A stretch of DNA of 32,000 nucleotides from Candidatus Saccharimonadota bacterium (GTDB lineage: Bacteria; Patescibacteriota; Saccharimonadia; Saccharimonadales; UBA4665): contig CP064993.1 in NCBI GenBank assembly GCA_016699955.1, positions 540,001 to 572,000 of the forward strand. The letters are read 5' to 3'. The notes beneath the pieces are model-generated. The model did not search any database and was not told the DNA's origin. It saw only the letters and a program-made list of their open reading frames with translations. Position numbers and translations under genes: made by a program. Of this stretch, positions 30,248-32,000 are shown one piece after another; positions within the stretch are counted from its first letter, which is position 1; each line of letters opens with the position of its first letter.

Positions 30248-30943
30248 ATGTGGACTGAAACAAAACACGGCCTATACAAGCAATTTGTATTTTCTGACTT
30301 CCGCCTAGCGTGGTCGTTTATGGAGCAAGTGAGTGCGGTTGTGAATAGGCTAGGGCATCATCCGCGCTGGCAGAACGAATGGAACGTTGTGGAGTTTTGG
30401 CTGAGTACACACGAACCGACGCAGTGTATTTCAGACAAAGATTGGGAGCTTGCGCGTGCAATTGATAGGCTCGCCGATGGAAGTCATGAATCGGGGGTGG
30501 CAGGGGATGATGACAAAACAACAACACATGTAACAGAGGTGCAGCTGTATGCCGATGGTGGGTCTCGTGGTAATCCGGGGCCTTCGGCAAGTGGTTATGT
30601 TGTGCTCGATATGAGCGGAAGGGTGCTTTTTTCGCAGGGCATTTTTCTTGGAATTACAACAAACAATCAAGCCGAATACCTTGCACTCAAGCACGGGCTG
30701 GAAGCAGCGCTTCAGAAATGCCAGGCTCGCGAGGTGCATGTGTACATGGATAGCTTGCTGGTAGTAAATCAAATGAAACGGATTTTTAAAGTAAAAAACC
30801 GCGACCTGTGGCCGATACATGACGCCATCCAGCAGATTTTGCCCAAGTTTGAAAAAGTGACGTTTGACCATGTCCCGCGGGAGCTTAACAAACTAGCAGA
30901 CGCCGAGGTCAACAAAGCGCTTGACGTCGAGCTACAGTCTTAA
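30248..30943 (+). CDS. Fusion protein: pterin-4a-carbinolamine dehydratase (PCD/DCoH)-like domain + RNase HI domain
   Basis: The N-terminal ~75 aa are LYKQFVFSDFRLAWSFMEQVSAVVNRLGHHPRWQNEWNVVEFWLSTHE (HHP core of PCD). After an acidic linker comes the RNase H set: LYADGGSRGNPGPSASGYVV, NNQAEYLALKHGLEAA, VYMDSLLVVNQM and NKLADAEVNKAL (DEDD). I prefer ATG 30248 because the ORF-track start overlaps tRNA-Pro. Confidence 0.8.
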   Translation: MWTETKHGLYKQFVFSDFRLAWSFMEQVSAVVNRLGHHPRWQNEWNVVEFWLSTHEPTQCISDKDWELARAIDRLADGSHESGVAGDDDKTTTHVTEVQLYADGGSRGNPGPSASGYVVLDMSGRVLFSQGIFLGITTNNQAEYLALKHGLEAALQKCQAREVHVYMDSLLVVNQMKRIFKVKNRDLWPIHDAIQQILPKFEKVTFDHVPRELNKLADAEVNKALDVELQS

Positions 30944-30975
30944 GTATCCCCTGGGAGTACAAGAGGGGCATAGTC

Positions 30976-30984
30976 TGGTAGAAT
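30976..30984 (+). promoter_or_regulatory. Extended -10 box TGgTAGAAT, 7 nt upstream of ATG 30992
   Basis: TGgTAGAAT, then agtggtt, then ATG. No room for an SD sequence. Confidence 0.45.
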
Positions 30985-30991
30985 AGTGGTT

Positions 30992-31372
30992 ATGATAAGT
31001 GCATTAGTTGTATGGTGGTATGGGCTTGGATGGCGGTTGCAGCTGCAGGCGGTATCTCGACGCTGGCTTCGCTGGGTAGATTATTTTTCCTTTAGTATTT
31101 TAATTCGAACACTTTTTGCCCCTTTTCGTCAGATAGGGAACGAGGCTCATGGTGGGTCGCTTGCCGTACAGTTTCGGCAGTGGAGTGATCGGACGTTTTC
31201 GCGAGTTGTCGGCTTTTTTGTACGCGTAGTGACGCTCGTTTTCGGTACAGGTTGCATGGTGCTCATAGGGTTGCTTAGTCTGCTGCAACTTACGCTCTGG
31301 ATAGTCGTACCCTTACTCCCAGTTATTGGGGGAGTGGTAAGCATTGTGGGGTGGGTACCGTGGCAGAGATAA
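30992..31372 (+). CDS. Polytopic membrane protein, unknown function
   Basis: The ORF has hydrophobic segments at both ends and a basic loop between them. The start is ATG 30992 (leaderless prediction) or GTG 30986. Confidence 0.55.
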   Translation: MISALVVWWYGLGWRLQLQAVSRRWLRWVDYFSFSILIRTLFAPFRQIGNEAHGGSLAVQFRQWSDRTFSRVVGFFVRVVTLVFGTGCMVLIGLLSLLQLTLWIVVPLLPVIGGVVSIVGWVPWQR

Positions 31373-32000
31373 CATTACATGCAACTAGAGCCCGCAAAGC
31401 TCGGCTTGGTGCATCTATCAGTCCTGTGTTCGTCATGGTTTTGTTTGCTGCAGGGGTACTACTTGTTCTGTGCGGTCTGGCGCTGCTCTTTAGTAATATT
31501 GCAGTCGGTTGGTTATTTGTTGGGCTTGCAGCGATCCCCGTTATGTGCGGAGTATGGGATACGTATGACCTTAACGATATTCCTGCAGGGACTGGGGCGG
31601 GCATTGATCAGATTTTAGAGAGCAGTGTGCTTGGCAAATTGCCACAGGATGTGACGCCAAAGGCTATTGCGTTGGCTGCACCGCACTCGGCGGCGGCGCG
31701 GTTTATGATTGTACGGTTTGAGCTTTCTGCTAAAGTACTCAGCGATCTTGCCTCAGATAAACCCGCAGATGCTGAAGCAGTCTGGCAGCTAGCCGAACAG
31801 TATAGGGTGCAGCTGAAGAGTGATATTTTGCGGGGCGATATGCTCGTAGCAGCTTTGTGCGTGACACAGCCGGGTCTCGCGCAGTTGCTGCCGCACCTCC
31901 AGCTAGAGCCTGCCGATTTAATTCTTGGTATGCGGTGGTATAGTCGCATCCAGGAAATTATCAAACAGGCTCATATGCCACGCCAAAATGGTGGTATTGC
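31360..32000 (+). CDS. Membrane-anchored protein, unknown function; 3' end outside the window
   Basis: Frame 1 is open from 31279 to the window end and is not in the ORF track because it has no stop. It reads ...RARKARLGASISPVFVMVLFAAGVLLVLCGLALLFSNIAVGWLFVGLAAIPVMCGVW... followed by a soluble helical region. The start is uncertain: GTG 31351, GTG 31360 or ATG 31435. Confidence 0.5.
   Translation, partial: MAEITLHATRARKARLGASISPVFVMVLFAAGVLLVLCGLALLFSNIAVGWLFVGLAAIPVMCGVWDTYDLNDIPAGTGAGIDQILESSVLGKLPQDVTPKAIALAAPHSAAARFMIVRFELSAKVLSDLASDKPADAEAVWQLAEQYRVQLKSDILRGDMLVAALCVTQPGLAQLLPHLQLEPADLILGMRWYSRIQEIIKQAHMPRQNGGI

Noticed and set aside
1-32000. Looked for CRISPR arrays, rRNA, tmRNA (GGGGCUGAU.../tRNA-Ala-like end), transposase/IS ends, toxin-antitoxin pairs and known defence gene sets.
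   Set aside because: None seen. The only tandem repeats are the PG microsatellite and one 13-bp duplication, and all mid-size ORFs have housekeeping or pilus assignments.

Overview
Gene-dense, mostly housekeeping DNA that looks like a small-genome, monoderm-type bacterium. A Candidate Phyla Radiation / Saccharibacteria-like origin is my inference from gene content and architecture; no search was run. Nt 1-11798 hold a complete type IV pilus (T4P) locus without a secretin, all on the + strand: pilM (5' truncated by the window), pilN, pilO-like, an 82-aa membrane protein, pilB, a 31-aa sORF, pilT, pilC, a major pilin with its own promoter and terminator, pilD, and four pilin-like genes. The last of these is a 540-aa PilX-like protein with a (Pro-Gly)12 hinge and a Cys-containing C-terminal module. 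The rest encodes a XerC/D-like recombinase, ndk, a PfkB kinase, a bPH membrane protein, a parvulin-type PPIase, mscL, a GNAT, a processive GT2 glycosyltransferase broken by two poly-A frameshifts, nrdR, thrS behind a T-box leader, an alkyltransferase-like protein, miaA, a wHTH regulator, an MBL-fold protein, rpmB, an M50 protease, a one-domain asparaginase-like protein, a PRTase-like protein, an alpha/beta hydrolase, a PCD-RNase HI fusion and two membrane proteins. Six tRNAs were hand-folded: Arg-CCT, Asp-GTC, Gly-CCC, Thr-CGT, Val-GAC and Pro-GGG. Points worth a second look are the putative pilus tip adhesin and its in-frame hexanucleotide microsatellite, the reduced-Stem-I T-box on thrS, and a decayed tandem copy of the tRNA-Asp unit. 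Others are two or three orphan promoter/terminator-bounded noncoding units, recurrent TGnTAnAnT extended -10 boxes placed 6-9 nt before start codons (leaderless mRNAs), and the PCD-RNase H fusion. I saw no CRISPR array, rRNA, transposase or recognisable defence system. All calls come from reading the sequence and the ORF track; no database or folding program was used.
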